A stretch of 16,505 nt of DNA from a virus (taxonomy: Duplodnaviria > Heunggongvirae > Uroviricota > Caudoviricetes): positions 1-16,505 of the IMG/VR virus record IMGVR_UViG_2609459834_000006. The stretch is one strand, 5' to 3'. A program made the position numbers and the translations under genes. This document shows positions 1 through 8,403 of this stretch, in pieces (within the stretch, counting starts at the first letter, position 1; each line of letters begins with the position of its first letter). The notes beneath the pieces were generated by a model, which was given only the letters and a program-made list of their open reading frames with translations, made no database searches and was not told where the DNA came from.

Positions 1-230
1 CCGAATACGTGCGCAACAACCGTCTTCCGGAGCCTGTCATACGCGTAAAACAGCCAGCGCTGGCGCGATTTAGCCCCGACATAGCCCCACTGTTCGTCCA
101 TTTCCGCGCAGACGATGACGTCACTGCCCGGCTGTATGCGCGAGGTTACCGACTGCGGCCTGAGTTTTTTAAGTGACGTAAAATCGTGTTGAGGCCAACG
201 CCCATAATGCGGGCAGTTGCCCGGCATCCA
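1..230 (-). CDS. insB: IS1 InsB' reading frame, 5' part only; 5' limit approximate, 3' end outside window
   Basis: Minus-strand translation of 3-59 gives ...[20 protein letters not shown], recognisable as InsB. The frame is -1 relative to insA, as expected for IS1 programmed frameshifting. The upper boundary was not traced codon by codon. Confidence 0.6.
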
Positions 231-421
231 ACGCCATTCATGGCCATATCAATGATTTTCTGGTGCGTACCGGGTTGAGAAGCGGTGTAAGTGAACTGCA
301 GTTGCCATGTTTTACGGCAGTGAGAGCAGAGATAGCGCTGATGTCCGGCGGTGCTTTTGCCGTTACGCACCACCCCGTCAGTAGCTGAACAGGAGGGACA
401 GCTGATAGAAACAGAAGCCAC
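146..421 (-). CDS. insA: IS1 InsA (transposition regulator / N-terminal part of InsAB' transposase), 91 aa
   Basis: Track [42 protein letters not shown]... matches IS1 InsA as recalled; zinc-finger CxxC pairs visible. Confidence 0.92.
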
Positions 422-635
422 TGGAGCACCTCAAAAACACCATCATACACTAAATCAGTAAGTTGGCAGCATCACCTAGTAAATCTGTAATAAAAGCGTA
501 AACAACTGCCGCTAGGCTTGCTGATCCCGCGCAACAAAACGCCATGCTTTGCTCGCAGATGGTTGGCAACCGACGACAGTCCTGCTAAAACGTTCGTTTG
601 ATATCATTTTTCCTAAAATTGAATGGCAGAGAATC

Positions 636-1739
636 ATGAGTGACAGCCAGACGCTGGTGGTAAAACTCGGCACCAGTGTGCTAACAGGCGGATCGCGCCG
701 TCTGAACCGTGCCCATATCGTTGAACTTGTTCGCCAGTGCGCGCAGTTACATGCCGCCGGGCATCGGATTGTTATTGTGACGTCGGGCGCGATCGCCGCC
801 GGACGTGAGCACCTGGGTTACCCGGAACTGCCAGCGACTATCGCCTCGAAACAACTGCTGGCGGCGGTAGGGCAGAGTCGACTGATTCAACTGTGGGAAC
901 AGCTGTTTTCGATTTATGGCATTCACGTCGGGCAAATGCTGCTGACCCGTGCTGATATGGAAGACCGAGAACGCTTCCTGAACGCCCGCGACACCCTGCG
1001 TGCGTTGCTCGATAACAATATCGTTCCGGTAATCAATGAGAACGATGCTGTCGCTACGGCAGAGATTAAGGTCGGCGATAACGATAACCTTTCTGCGCTG
1101 GCGGCGATTCTGGCGGGTGCCGATAAACTGTTGCTGCTGACCGATCAAAAAGGTTTGTATACCGCTGACCCGCGCAGCAATCCGCAGGCAGAACTGATTA
1201 AAGATGTTTACGGCATTGATGACGCACTGCGCGCGATTGCCGGTGACAGCGTTTCAGGCCTCGGAACTGGCGGCATGAGTACCAAATTGCAGGCCGCTGA
1301 CGTGGCTTGCCGTGCGGGTATCGACACCATTATTGCCGCGGGCAGCAAGCCGGGCGTTATTGGTGATGTGATGGAAGGCATTTCCGTCGGTACGCTGTTC
1401 CATGCCCAGGCGACTCCGCTTGAAAACCGTAAACGCTGGATTTTCGGTGCGCCGCCGGCGGGTGAAATCACGGTAGATGAAGGGGCAACTGCCGCCATTC
1501 TGGAACGCGGCAGCTCCCTGTTGCCGAAAGGCATTAAAAGCGTGACTGGCAATTTCTCGCGTGGTGAAGTCATCCGCATTTGCAACCTCGAAGGCCGCGA
1601 TATCGCCCACGGCGTCAGTCGTTACAACAGCGATGCATTACGCCGTATTGCCGGACACCACTCGCAAGAAATTGATGCAATACTGGGATATGAATACGGC
1701 CCGGTTGCCGTTCACCGTGATGACATGATTACCCGTTAA
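636..1739 (+). CDS. proB: Glutamate 5-kinase (gamma-glutamyl kinase), 367 aa
   Basis: ATG at 636 opens [19 protein letters not shown]..., with amino-acid kinase and C-terminal PUA-like regions. The track ORF begins at an upstream TTG (549); the ATG fits the known ProB N-terminus. Confidence 0.95.
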
Positions 1740-1750
1740 GGAGCAGGCTG

Positions 1751-3004
1751 ATGCTGGAACAAATGGGCATTGCCGCGAAGCAAGCCTCGTATAAATTAGC
1801 GCAACTCTCCAGCCGCGAAAAAAATCGCGTGCTGGAAAAAATCGCCGATGAACTGGAAGCACAAAGCGAAATCATCCTCAACGCTAACGCCCAGGATGTT
1901 GCTGACGCGCGAGCCAATGGCCTTAGCGAAGCGATGCTTGACCGTCTGGCACTGACGCCCGCACGGCTGAAAGGCATTGCCGACGATGTACGTCAGGTGT
2001 GCAACCTCGCCGATCCGGTGGGGCAGGTAATCGATGGCGGCGTACTGGACAGCGGCCTGCGTCTTGAGCGTCGTCGCGTACCGCTGGGGGTTATTGGCGT
2101 GATTTATGAAGCGCGCCCGAACGTGACGGTTGATGTCGCTTCGCTGTGCCTGAAAACCGGTAATGCGGTGATCCTGCGCGGTGGCAAAGAAACGTGTCGC
2201 ACTAACGCTGCAACGGTGGCGGTGATTCAGGATGCCCTGAAATCCTGCGGCTTACCGGCGGGGGCCGTGCAGGCGATTGATAATCCTGACCGTGCGCTGG
2301 TCAGTGAAATGCTGCGTATGGATAAATACATCGACATGCTGATCCCGCGTGGTGGCGCTGGTTTGCATAAACTGTGCCGTGAACAGTCGACAATCCCGGT
2401 GATCACAGGTGGTATAGGCGTATGCCATATTTACGTTGATGAAAGTGTAGAGATCGCTGAAGCATTAAAAGTGATCGTCAACGCGAAAACTCAGCGTCCG
2501 AGCACATGTAATACGGTTGAAACGTTGCTGGTGAATAAAAACATCGCCGATAGCTTCCTGCCCGCATTAAGCAAACAAATGGCGGAAAGCGGCGTGACAT
2601 TACACGCAGATGCAGCTGCACTGGCGCAGTTGCAGGCAGGCCCTGCGAAGGTGGTTGCTGTTAAAGCCGAAGAGTATGACGATGAGTTTCTGTCATTAGA
2701 TTTGAACGTCAAAATCGTCAGCGATCTTGACGATGCCATCGCCCATATTCGTGAACACGGCACACAACACTCCGATGCGATCCTGACCCGCGATATGCGC
2801 AACGCCCAGCGTTTTGTTAACGAAGTGGATTCGTCCGCTGTTTACGTTAACGCCTCTACGCGTTTTACCGACGGCGGCCAGTTTGGTCTGGGTGCGGAAG
2901 TGGCGGTAAGCACACAAAAACTCCACGCGCGTGGCCCAATGGGGCTGGAAGCACTGACCACTTACAAGTGGATCGGCATTGGTGATTACACCATTCGTGC
3001 GTAA
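1751..3004 (+). CDS. proA: Gamma-glutamyl phosphate reductase (glutamate-5-semialdehyde dehydrogenase), 417 aa
   Basis: [38 protein letters not shown]... is full length and typical ProA. It starts 12 nt after the proB stop with GGAG upstream. Confidence 0.95.
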
Positions 3005-3118
3005 ATAAAACCGGGTGATGCAAAAGTAGCCATTTGATTCACAAGGCCATTGACGCATCGCCCGGTTAGTTTTAACCTTGTCCACCGTGATTCACGTTCG
3101 TGAACATGTCCTTTCAGG

Positions 3119-3194
3119 GCCGATATAGCTCAGTTGGTAGAGCAGCGCATTCGTAATGCGAAGGTCGTAGGTTCGACTCCTATTATCGGCACCA
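3119..3194 (+). tRNA. thrW: tRNA-Thr (anticodon CGU), 76 nt with encoded CCA
   Basis: GCCGATATAGCTCAGTTGGTAGAGCAGCGCATTCGTAATGCGAAGGTCGTAGGTTCGACTCCTATTATCGGCACCA: acceptor stem GCCGATA/TATCGGC, D-loop AGCTCAGTTGGTAGAGC, anticodon loop with CGT, T-loop GGTTCGACTCC. Confidence 0.95.
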
Positions 3195-3208
3195 TTTAAA
3201 TCAATAAG

Positions 3209-4372
3209 TTACACATCATTAGTACCTTCCTTATTTTTTGACTGGGACAAATTTGGGACCGATGGGTTCAGGATCGAGTCTATTTGCCGTGCGTGTTCGG
3301 TAAGGTGATTAGGTGCAAGGTGAGCATATCGACGAACCATTTCGATAGACTCCCAGCCTCCCATTTCCTGTAACACTGACAACGGGACTCCGGCTTGAAC
3401 CAGCCAACTTGCCCAGGTGTGTCTCAAGTCGTGAAATCTGAAATCATCAATACCAGCCCGTCTCAGCGCCGCTTTCCAGGCTGTGTTTGCGTCATACCGC
3501 ATCTTCCTTACTGTTGGCGCTTTCGTTCCGTCTGGTTTGGTACAGCTTTCCTTGTACACAAATACCCAACGGTGATGATTCCCGATTTGTTTTTTCAATA
3601 CGCGACATGCAGTATCATTCAGCGCAACGCCAATTGCGCGGTTTGATTTACTCTCTTCCGGGTTTATCCATGCCACCCGGCGCTGCATATCTATTTGTTG
3701 CCATTCAAGGTTGATGATGTTCGAGCGTCTTAAGCCTGTTGCCAGTGCAAATTCAACAACAGACTTTAATGGCTCCGGACATTCATCAATCAGCCTTTGT
3801 GCTTCATGGGGCTCCAGCCAGCGGATCCGTTTATTCTTTGGTTGAGGCACTTTAATAATTGGTGCCTTATCCAGCATTTTCCATTCACGCTCTGCGGCTC
3901 TTAGTAGGGCCTTTATAAATGAAAGATGCGTAGCCTTCGTTGCAACGGACGCTGGTTTTGGCGTGTATTCTGGAACAGGTTTCCCTTTTTTTCTGCATGC
4001 TTCTGCCCTGAGTTTCCAGTTTTCCTCATGACGCCGGTTCGTCATTTTCTGCATTGCTGAATAAATTTTTGATTCAGTGATGTCTCTTAGTTGCATCCCT
4101 GCGAAATGTTGAAGCCAGAATCCGATCCGGCTTTTGTCATCGTCCAGTGATTTCTTATGTGCTTTCTCTTCGAGCCACCTGACACACGCTTCCTCAAACG
4201 TCATATCAGGTATTTCACCAAGTTTGCTGACCCGCCATGCTTCAGCCTTTAGCTTGTCATGGAGCTCTGTCGCCTGCCTTTTGTCCTTTGTTCCAAGAGA
4301 CTGTTTAAATCTTTTACCGTTCGGCAATGTGAAACTGGCGTACCATATTTCACTTCTGCGGAAGAGTGACAT
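3209..4372 (-). CDS. int: Phage integrase, tyrosine recombinase (P22 Int-like), 387 aa
   Basis: [46 protein letters not shown]... with C-terminal catalytic region [10 protein letters not shown]...VRRYAHL (R..H..R..Y). It sits immediately 3' of the tRNA, a classic attL arrangement. Confidence 0.93.
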   Translation of the reverse strand: MSLFRRSEIWYASFTLPNGKRFKQSLGTKDKRQATELHDKLKAEAWRVSKLGEIPDMTFEEACVRWLEEKAHKKSLDDDKSRIGFWLQHFAGMQLRDITESKIYSAMQKMTNRRHEENWKLRAEACRKKGKPVPEYTPKPASVATKATHLSFIKALLRAAEREWKMLDKAPIIKVPQPKNKRIRWLEPHEAQRLIDECPEPLKSVVEFALATGLRRSNIINLEWQQIDMQRRVAWINPEESKSNRAIGVALNDTACRVLKKQIGNHHRWVFVYKESCTKPDGTKAPTVRKMRYDANTAWKAALRRAGIDDFRFHDLRHTWASWLVQAGVPLSVLQEMGGWESIEMVRRYAHLAPNHLTEHARQIDSILNPSVPNLSQSKNKEGTNDV

Positions 4373-4599
4373 TTTCTTTCCTCTGTTATGCCATCACCCG
4401 CGTTCACCTGGACAGTATGCAGCGGAGACTGAAGCGCCGCAATGCAGGCTTGCCGTGTTGTGAGGTAAGGAGATTTTGGCTTGGTTGGATCTTTACGTGT
4501 TGCCTGTAGGCGGCCTGTTCGTATCCAGTTGGTGGCGGTTGGTCTGGATATCTTAAGAAACTGACAGGCCTCATCGAGTGTGAGGCTGTATGATTCCAT
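4249..4599 (-). CDS. xis: Excisionase (P22 Xis-like), 116 aa
   Basis: [38 protein letters not shown]... from the ATG at 4599, with GAGG about 7 nt upstream. Its 3' end overlaps the int 5' end by about 124 nt. The track's longer ORF begins at an upstream GTG. Confidence 0.85.
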   Translation of the reverse strand: MESYSLTLDEACQFLKISRPTATNWIRTGRLQATRKDPTKPKSPYLTTRQACIAALQSPLHTVQVNAGDGITEERKCHSSAEVKYGTPVSHCRTVKDLNSLLEQRTKGRRQSSMTS

Positions 4600-4897
4600 G
4601 GTTACCTCTGCTTTTTGAACGCATGTCACGTAACTTCTTAATGTGTTCTGCCGTTTCGATCTCTTCTGCTATCCGATCTGCATCAGCTTTATTCACAGGT
4701 TCAAAGTCATGATTAAAGCGGAACATGCTGGCGATACATGTTCTGCCTTTTCGGATGTAGTGAACTTTGTTGTGGGTAGAACGCAGGATTTTGCAGGGAG
4801 TGCCGTGGTGGTCGACGTACCAGGTGTTAGGAAAAATGATTCTGAACATTTTTACACCCCAGTTGGACGATGTTGAAATTTGCTGCTTTGAGGCCAT
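4571..4897 (-). CDS. Hypothetical phage early protein, about 108 aa
   Basis: ORF MASKQQISTSSNWGVKMFRIIFPNTWYVDHHGTPCKILRSTHNKVHYIRKGRTCIASMFRFNHDFEPVNKADADRIAEEIETAEHIKKLRDMR.... Its ATG at 4895-4897 overlaps the stop of the upstream zinc-finger gene (TGATG), with GGGGA upstream. No family recognised. Confidence 0.6.
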   Translation of the reverse strand: MASKQQISTSSNWGVKMFRIIFPNTWYVDHHGTPCKILRSTHNKVHYIRKGRTCIASMFRFNHDFEPVNKADADRIAEEIETAEHIKKLRDMRSKSRGNHGIIQPHTR

Positions 4898-5115
4898 CAC
4901 AGTCCCCATTGTTTGTTCTTAAGTTCGATCTCCTCCTGGCAACTTGCACAAGTCCGACAACCCTGAACAGCTAGGCGTCTTCGCTCATCTATCGGATCGC
5001 CACACTCACAACAATGAGTTGCGGATACAGTCTGGTAGTTCAGACGACGCATTTTTATTGCTGTATTGCGCTGTAATTCTTCGATTTCTGATGCTGAATC
5101 AATGATGTCTGCCAT
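4897..5115 (-). CDS. TraR/DksA-family C4 zinc-finger protein, 72 aa
   Basis: MADIIDSASEIEELQRNTAIKMRRLNYQTVSATHCCECGDPIDERRRLAVQGCRTCASCQEEIELKNKQWGL: CxxC-x15-CxxC with an acidic/coiled N-terminus, typical of phage TraR-like proteins. Confidence 0.8.
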   Translation of the reverse strand: MADIIDSASEIEELQRNTAIKMRRLNYQTVSATHCCECGDPIDERRRLAVQGCRTCASCQEEIELKNKQWGL

Positions 5116-5164
5116 CTTTCATTAATCCCTGAATTGTTGGTTAATACGCTTGAGGGTAAATGCG

Positions 5165-5191
5165 AATAATAAAAAAGGAGCCTGTAGCTCC
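5165..5191 (-). terminator. Candidate rho-independent terminator (minus strand)
   Basis: Minus strand reads GGAGC-TACAG-GCTCC followed by TTTTTTATTATT (plus coordinates: stem 5177-5181/5187-5191, A-run 5165-5176). It lies just downstream of the ORF ending at 5214. Confidence 0.55.
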
Positions 5192-5213
5192 CTGATGATT
5201 TTGCTTTTCATGT

Positions 5214-5495
5214 TCATCGTTCCTTAAAGACGCCGTTCAACATGCCGATCGCCAGGCTTAAATGAGTCGGTGTGAATCCCATCAGCGTTACCGTTTCGCG
5301 GTGCTTCTTTAGTACGCTACGGCAAATGTCATCGACGTTTTTATCCGGAAACTGCTGTCTGGCTTTTTTGATTTCAGAATTAGCCTGACGGGCAATGCTG
5401 CGAAGGGCGTTTTCTTGCTGAGGTGTCACTGAACAAGCCCCATGCCGGCAAGCATAAGCACACAGAATATGAAGCCCGCTGCCAGAAAAATGCAT
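5214..5495 (-). CDS. Hypothetical small phage protein; start uncertain (93 aa from ATG 5495, or 71 aa from GTG 5429)
   Basis: Track ORF MHFSGSGLHILCAYACRHGACSVTPQQENALRSIARQANSEIKKARQQFPDKNVDDICRSVLKKHRETVTLMGFTPTHLSLAIGMLNGVFKER. No SD precedes ATG 5495, and the N-terminal 22 codons overlap an alternative-frame hydrophobic mini-ORF (see findings). Confidence 0.55.
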   Translation of the reverse strand: MHFSGSGLHILCAYACRHGACSVTPQQENALRSIARQANSEIKKARQQFPDKNVDDICRSVLKKHRETVTLMGFTPTHLSLAIGMLNGVFKER

Positions 5496-5505
5496 TCAGT
5501 GGTTG

Positions 5506-5697
5506 TCATACCTGGTCTCTCTCATCTGCTTCTGCTTTCGCCACCATCATTTCCAGCTTTTGTGAAAGGGATGTGGCTAACGTATGAAATTCTTCGTCTG
5601 TTTCTACTGGTATTGGCACAAACCTGACTCCAATTTGAGCAAGGCTATGTGCCATCTCAATACTCGTTCTTAACTCAACAGGAGATGCTTTGTGCAT
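5506..5697 (-). CDS. Hypothetical small phage protein, 63 aa
   Basis: [63 protein letters not shown], with a strong RBS (GGGAGG) 6-8 nt upstream of the ATG at 5697. Confidence 0.75.
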   Translation of the reverse strand: MHKASPVELRTSIEMAHSLAQIGVRFVPIPVETDEEFHTLATSLSQKLEMMVAKAEADERDQV

Positions 5698-5852
5698 ACC
5701 GCCTCCCGTTTATTATTTATCTTCTCAGCCAGCCGCTGTGCTTTCAGTGGATTTCTGATAACAGAAAGGCCGGGAAATACCCAGCCTCGCTTTGTAATGG
5801 AGTAGACGAAAGTGATCGCGCCTACCCGGATATTATCGCGAGGATGCTTCAT
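5670..5852 (-). CDS. Hypothetical small phage protein, about 60 aa, translationally coupled to exo
   Basis: [60 protein letters not shown]. The ATG at 5850-5852 overlaps the exo stop (ATGA). The track's alternative start is at 5858. Confidence 0.65.
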   Translation of the reverse strand: MKHPRDNIRVGAITFVYSITKRGWVFPGLSVIRNPLKAQRLAEKINNKREAVCTKHLLLS

Positions 5853-6529
5853 CGCCATTGCTCCCCAAATACAAAACCAATTTCAGCCAGTGCCTCGTCC
5901 ATTTTTTCGATGAACTCCGGCACCATCTCGTCAAAATTCGCCATGTACTTTTCATCCCGCTCAACCACGACATAATGCAGGCCTTCACGCTTCATGCGCG
6001 GGTCATAGTTGGCAAAGTACCAGGCATCTTTTCGCGTCACCCACATGCTGTACTGCACCTGGGCCATGTAAGCCGACTTTATGGCCTCGAAACCACCGAG
6101 CCGGAACTTCATGAAATCCCGGGAGGTAAACGGGCATTTCAGCTCAAGGCCATTGCCGTCACTGCATAAACCATCGGGAGAGCAGGCGGTGCGCATACTT
6201 TCGTCGCGATAGATGATCGGGGATTCAATAACATTTACGCCGGAAGTGAACTCAAACAGGGTTCTGGCGTCGTTCTCGTACTGTTTTCCCCAGGCCAGCG
6301 CTTTAGCGTTAACTTCCGGAGCCACACCGGTGCAAACCTCGGCAAGCAGGGTGTGGAAGTAGGACATTTTCATGTCAGGCCACTTCTTTCCTGATCGGGG
6401 CTTTGCTATCACGTTGTGAACTTCTGAAGCGGTGATGACGCCGAGCCGTAATTTGTGCCATGCATCATCCCCCTGTTCGACAGCTCTCACGTCGATCCCG
6501 GTACGCTGCAGTATAATGTCCGGTGTCAT
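5849..6529 (-). CDS. exo: Lambda-type exonuclease (Red alpha), 226 aa
   Basis: [65 protein letters not shown]... is near-identical to lambda Exo as recalled; 4-nt overlap with bet. Confidence 0.95.
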   Translation of the reverse strand: MTPDIILQRTGIDVRAVEQGDDAWHKLRLGVITASEVHNVIAKPRSGKKWPDMKMSYFHTLLAEVCTGVAPEVNAKALAWGKQYENDARTLFEFTSGVNVIESPIIYRDESMRTACSPDGLCSDGNGLELKCPFTSRDFMKFRLGGFEAIKSAYMAQVQYSMWVTRKDAWYFANYDPRMKREGLHYVVVERDEKYMANFDEMVPEFIEKMDEALAEIGFVFGEQWR

Positions 6530-7311
6530 GCTGCCACCTTCTGCTCAGTGGCTTTCTGTTTCAGGAATCCAAGAGCTTTCACTGCTTCGGCCTGTGTCAG
6601 TTCTGACGATGCGCGAATGTCGCGGCGAAATATCTGGGAACAGAGCGGCAATAAGTCGTCATCCCATGTTTTATCCAGGGCAATCAGCAGAGTGTTAATC
6701 TCCTGCATGGTTTCATCGTTAACCGGAGTGATGTCGCGTTCCGGCTGACGTTCTGCAGTGTATGCGGTATTTTCGACAATGCGCTCGGCTTCATCCTTGT
6801 CATAGATACCAGCAAATCCGAAGGCGAGACGGGCACACTGAATCATGGCTTTATGTCGTAACATCCGTTTGGGATGCGACTGCCACGGCCCCGTGATTTC
6901 TCTGCCTTCGCGGGTTTTGAATGGTTCGCGGCGGCATTCATCCATCCACTCGGTAACGCAGATCGGATGATTGCGGTCTTTGCGGTAAATCCGGCATGTG
7001 CAGGATTCATTGTCCTGCTCAAAGTCCATGCCATCAAACTGCTGGTTTTCATTGATGATGCGGGACCAGCCATCAACGCCCACCACCGGAACGATGCCGT
7101 TCTGCTTGTCAGGGAAGGCGTAAATTTCTTTCGTCCACGGATTAAGGCCGTACTGGTTGGCGACGATCAACAATGCGATGAACTGCGCATCGCTGGCATC
7201 ACCTTTAAATGCCGTCTGGCGAAGAGTGGTGATCAGTTCCTGTGGGTCGACAGAATCCATGCCGACACGTTCAGCCAGCTTCCCAGCCAGCGTTGCGAGT
7301 GCTGTACTCAT
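6526..7311 (-). CDS. bet: Lambda-type single-strand annealing protein (Red beta), 261 aa
   Basis: [89 protein letters not shown]... matches lambda Bet. Confidence 0.95.
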   Translation of the reverse strand: MSTALATLAGKLAERVGMDSVDPQELITTLRQTAFKGDASDAQFIALLIVANQYGLNPWTKEIYAFPDKQNGIVPVVGVDGWSRIINENQQFDGMDFEQDNESCTCRIYRKDRNHPICVTEWMDECRREPFKTREGREITGPWQSHPKRMLRHKAMIQCARLAFGFAGIYDKDEAERIVENTAYTAERQPERDITPVNDETMQEINTLLIALDKTWDDDLLPLCSQIFRRDIRASSELTQAEAVKALGFLKQKATEQKVAA

Positions 7312-7316
7312 CCGTT

Positions 7317-7613
7317 TTATACCTCTGAATCAATATCAACCTGGTGGTGAGCAATGGTTTCAACCATGTACCGGATGTGTTCTGCCATGCGCTCCTGAAA
7401 CTCAACATCGTCATCGAACGCACGGGTAATGGCTTTTTTGCTGACCCCGTGGCGTTGCAAATGATCGATGCATAGCGATTCAAACAGGTGCTGGGGCAGG
7501 CCTTTTTCCATGTCGTCTGCCAGTTCTGCCTCTTTCTCTTCACGGGCGATCTGCTGGTAGTGACGCGCCCAGCTCTGAGCCTCAAGACGATCCTGAATGT
7601 AATAAGCGTTCAT
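7317..7613 (-). CDS. gam: Gam (RecBCD inhibitor), short 98-aa GamS form
   Basis: [98 protein letters not shown] matches lambda Gam. The frame is closed upstream of this ATG, so no long GamL form. Confidence 0.93.
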   Translation of the reverse strand: MNAYYIQDRLEAQSWARHYQQIAREEKEAELADDMEKGLPQHLFESLCIDHLQRHGVSKKAITRAFDDDVEFQERMAEHIRYMVETIAHHQVDIDSEV

Positions 7614-7688
7614 GGCTGAACTCCTGAAAATGGCTGTGAAAATATCGCCCGCGAAATGCCAGGCTGATTAGGAAAACAGGAAAGGGGG

Positions 7689-7979
7689 TTAGTGATTCAG
7701 GCCGTTGCCGCGTCCGTCGAGAAAAACTTCCACGAGCAAGTCACGGGTATAAGTGCGCTCGATGCCGCGATGCAGATAAAGCCGTCCGCGTAAATTAGCT
7801 GATGCAGTCCAGGTACCATCTTTGTGTTTGACCAGCATTCCTGGCATGACCGCACCGCGATTAACGGTCTGCGTTCCGTAATGTTGATGAACCATAAAAA
7901 CTCCTGCCCGTAAGCTGGGCTGCTGAACATATAGAGACTTCTGCGCGTATTCAGGCGGTGGATGGCCGCCGGTTGTCAT
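7689..7979 (-). CDS. Hypothetical protein in the kil position (not lambda Kil or cIII), 96 aa
   Basis: ATG at 7977-7979 preceded by AAGGAGG; product [96 protein letters not shown]. The stop TAA coincides with where the lambda kil stop would be; upstream of it the sequence is unrelated to lambda kil as I recall it. Confidence 0.6.
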   Translation of the reverse strand: MTTGGHPPPEYAQKSLYVQQPSLRAGVFMVHQHYGTQTVNRGAVMPGMLVKHKDGTWTASANLRGRLYLHRGIERTYTRDLLVEVFLDGRGNGLNH

Positions 7980-8164
7980 AACTAAGCCGCCTCCTTGAAG
8001 CGACTGAGGTATAAAGTGTTGTGTTGATTTCAGCTGGTCACACCGACGTTCACGCGTCCGTTTCACCCCTCGCACTCCCCGAAGCCTGCTGAAATTCAAG
8101 CTGCGGATCTAAGCGGTCATCGCAACGGTGAATCAGGTGGTTGCCGTATGATTGTGTTGTTGCG

Positions 8165-8215
8165 ATGAACTTATTTAAAACTATAGTTGTATTATCGTCA
8201 ACAACATAAGTTGTT
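8165..8215 (-). promoter_or_regulatory. Candidate pL promoter with OL operator (leftward)
   Basis: Minus strand reads TGTTGTTGACG-ATAATACAACTATAGTT-TTAAAT (-35 TTGACG, 17-nt spacer, -10 TTAAAT). This is nearly the same module as the pR/OR region (GTTGTTGACT-AAAAACAACCATAGTTT-TAATCT). TGGTTGT/ACAACCA half-sites recur through 8150-8260. Confidence 0.6.
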
Positions 8216-8341
8216 TTATTGGTTGTTTTAGATATAACTGGTTGTATTTGGGATGGATTTATTTTGTGACTTGAATTGCATAGCGATAACTGAAGCGAGG
8301 TTGTGGTGGTTTTTTGAACGGTGTGTGTGATGAGGGGAGGC

Positions 8342-8368
8342 AAAAGAAAACCCGGCACGGTGGCCGGG
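8342..8368 (-). terminator. Rho-independent terminator ending the cI/kinase/DUF3037 transcript
   Basis: Minus strand reads CCCGGC-CACCGT-GCCGGG followed by TTTTCTTTTG (plus coordinates: stems 8351-8356 and 8363-8368, A-run 8342-8350), 36 nt downstream of the DUF3037-like stop. Confidence 0.8.
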
Positions 8369-8403
8369 TTATTAATAAGGAATATCACATACAAAAATAA
8401 ATT

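Larger units (their letters stand above)
1..476 (-). mobile_element. IS1 insertion sequence, partial (truncated by window start); terminal inverted repeat at 454-476
   Basis: Reverse complement of 454-476 reads GGTGATGCTGCCAACTTACTGAT, the IS1 terminal repeat as I recall it. insA lies immediately inside it and insB-frame sequence continues to the window edge. Confidence 0.9.

Noticed and set aside
3008-3075. Long-range stem (CCGGGTGATG ... CATCGCCCGG) after proA as an intrinsic terminator
   Set aside because: The arms pair, but the loop is about 35 nt and the following T-tract is weak; this region must also hold the thrW promoter, so the role is ambiguous.
747-3085. Multiple antisense or alternative-frame ORFs within proB and proA
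   Set aside because: All lie inside well-recognised housekeeping genes and are typical GC-rich shadow ORFs.
3091-3104. Perfect palindrome TTCACGTTCGTGAA just upstream of tRNA-Thr
   Set aside because: Could be a regulator site, but it sits in the tRNA leader/promoter of a conserved chromosomal locus and I cannot assign a function from sequence alone.
3395-4463. Plus-strand ORFs (75 to 109 aa) opposite int and xis
   Set aside because: Antisense to the strongly supported integrase and excisionase; no RBS or recognisable domains.
7271-7585. 104-aa ORF overlapping gam and the bet start in another frame
   Set aside because: Out-of-frame shadow ORF within strongly recognised gam; Arg/Ser/Thr-rich nonsense translation.
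7697-7930. 77-aa ORF in an alternative frame inside the kil-position gene
   Set aside because: Fully embedded in the better-supported 96-aa frame, no RBS, and no resemblance to cIII or Kil.
7689-8099. 136-aa version of the kil-position ORF starting at TTG 8099
   Set aside because: The non-ATG start has no RBS, whereas the internal ATG at 7979 is preceded by AAGGAGG; the N-terminal extension would cover the pL leader.
8050-8394. 114-aa minus-strand ORF (MYVIFLINNPATVPGF...)
   Set aside because: Low-complexity, AT-rich translation spanning the candidate pL/OL and lying downstream of the terminator hairpin; best explained as non-coding regulatory DNA.
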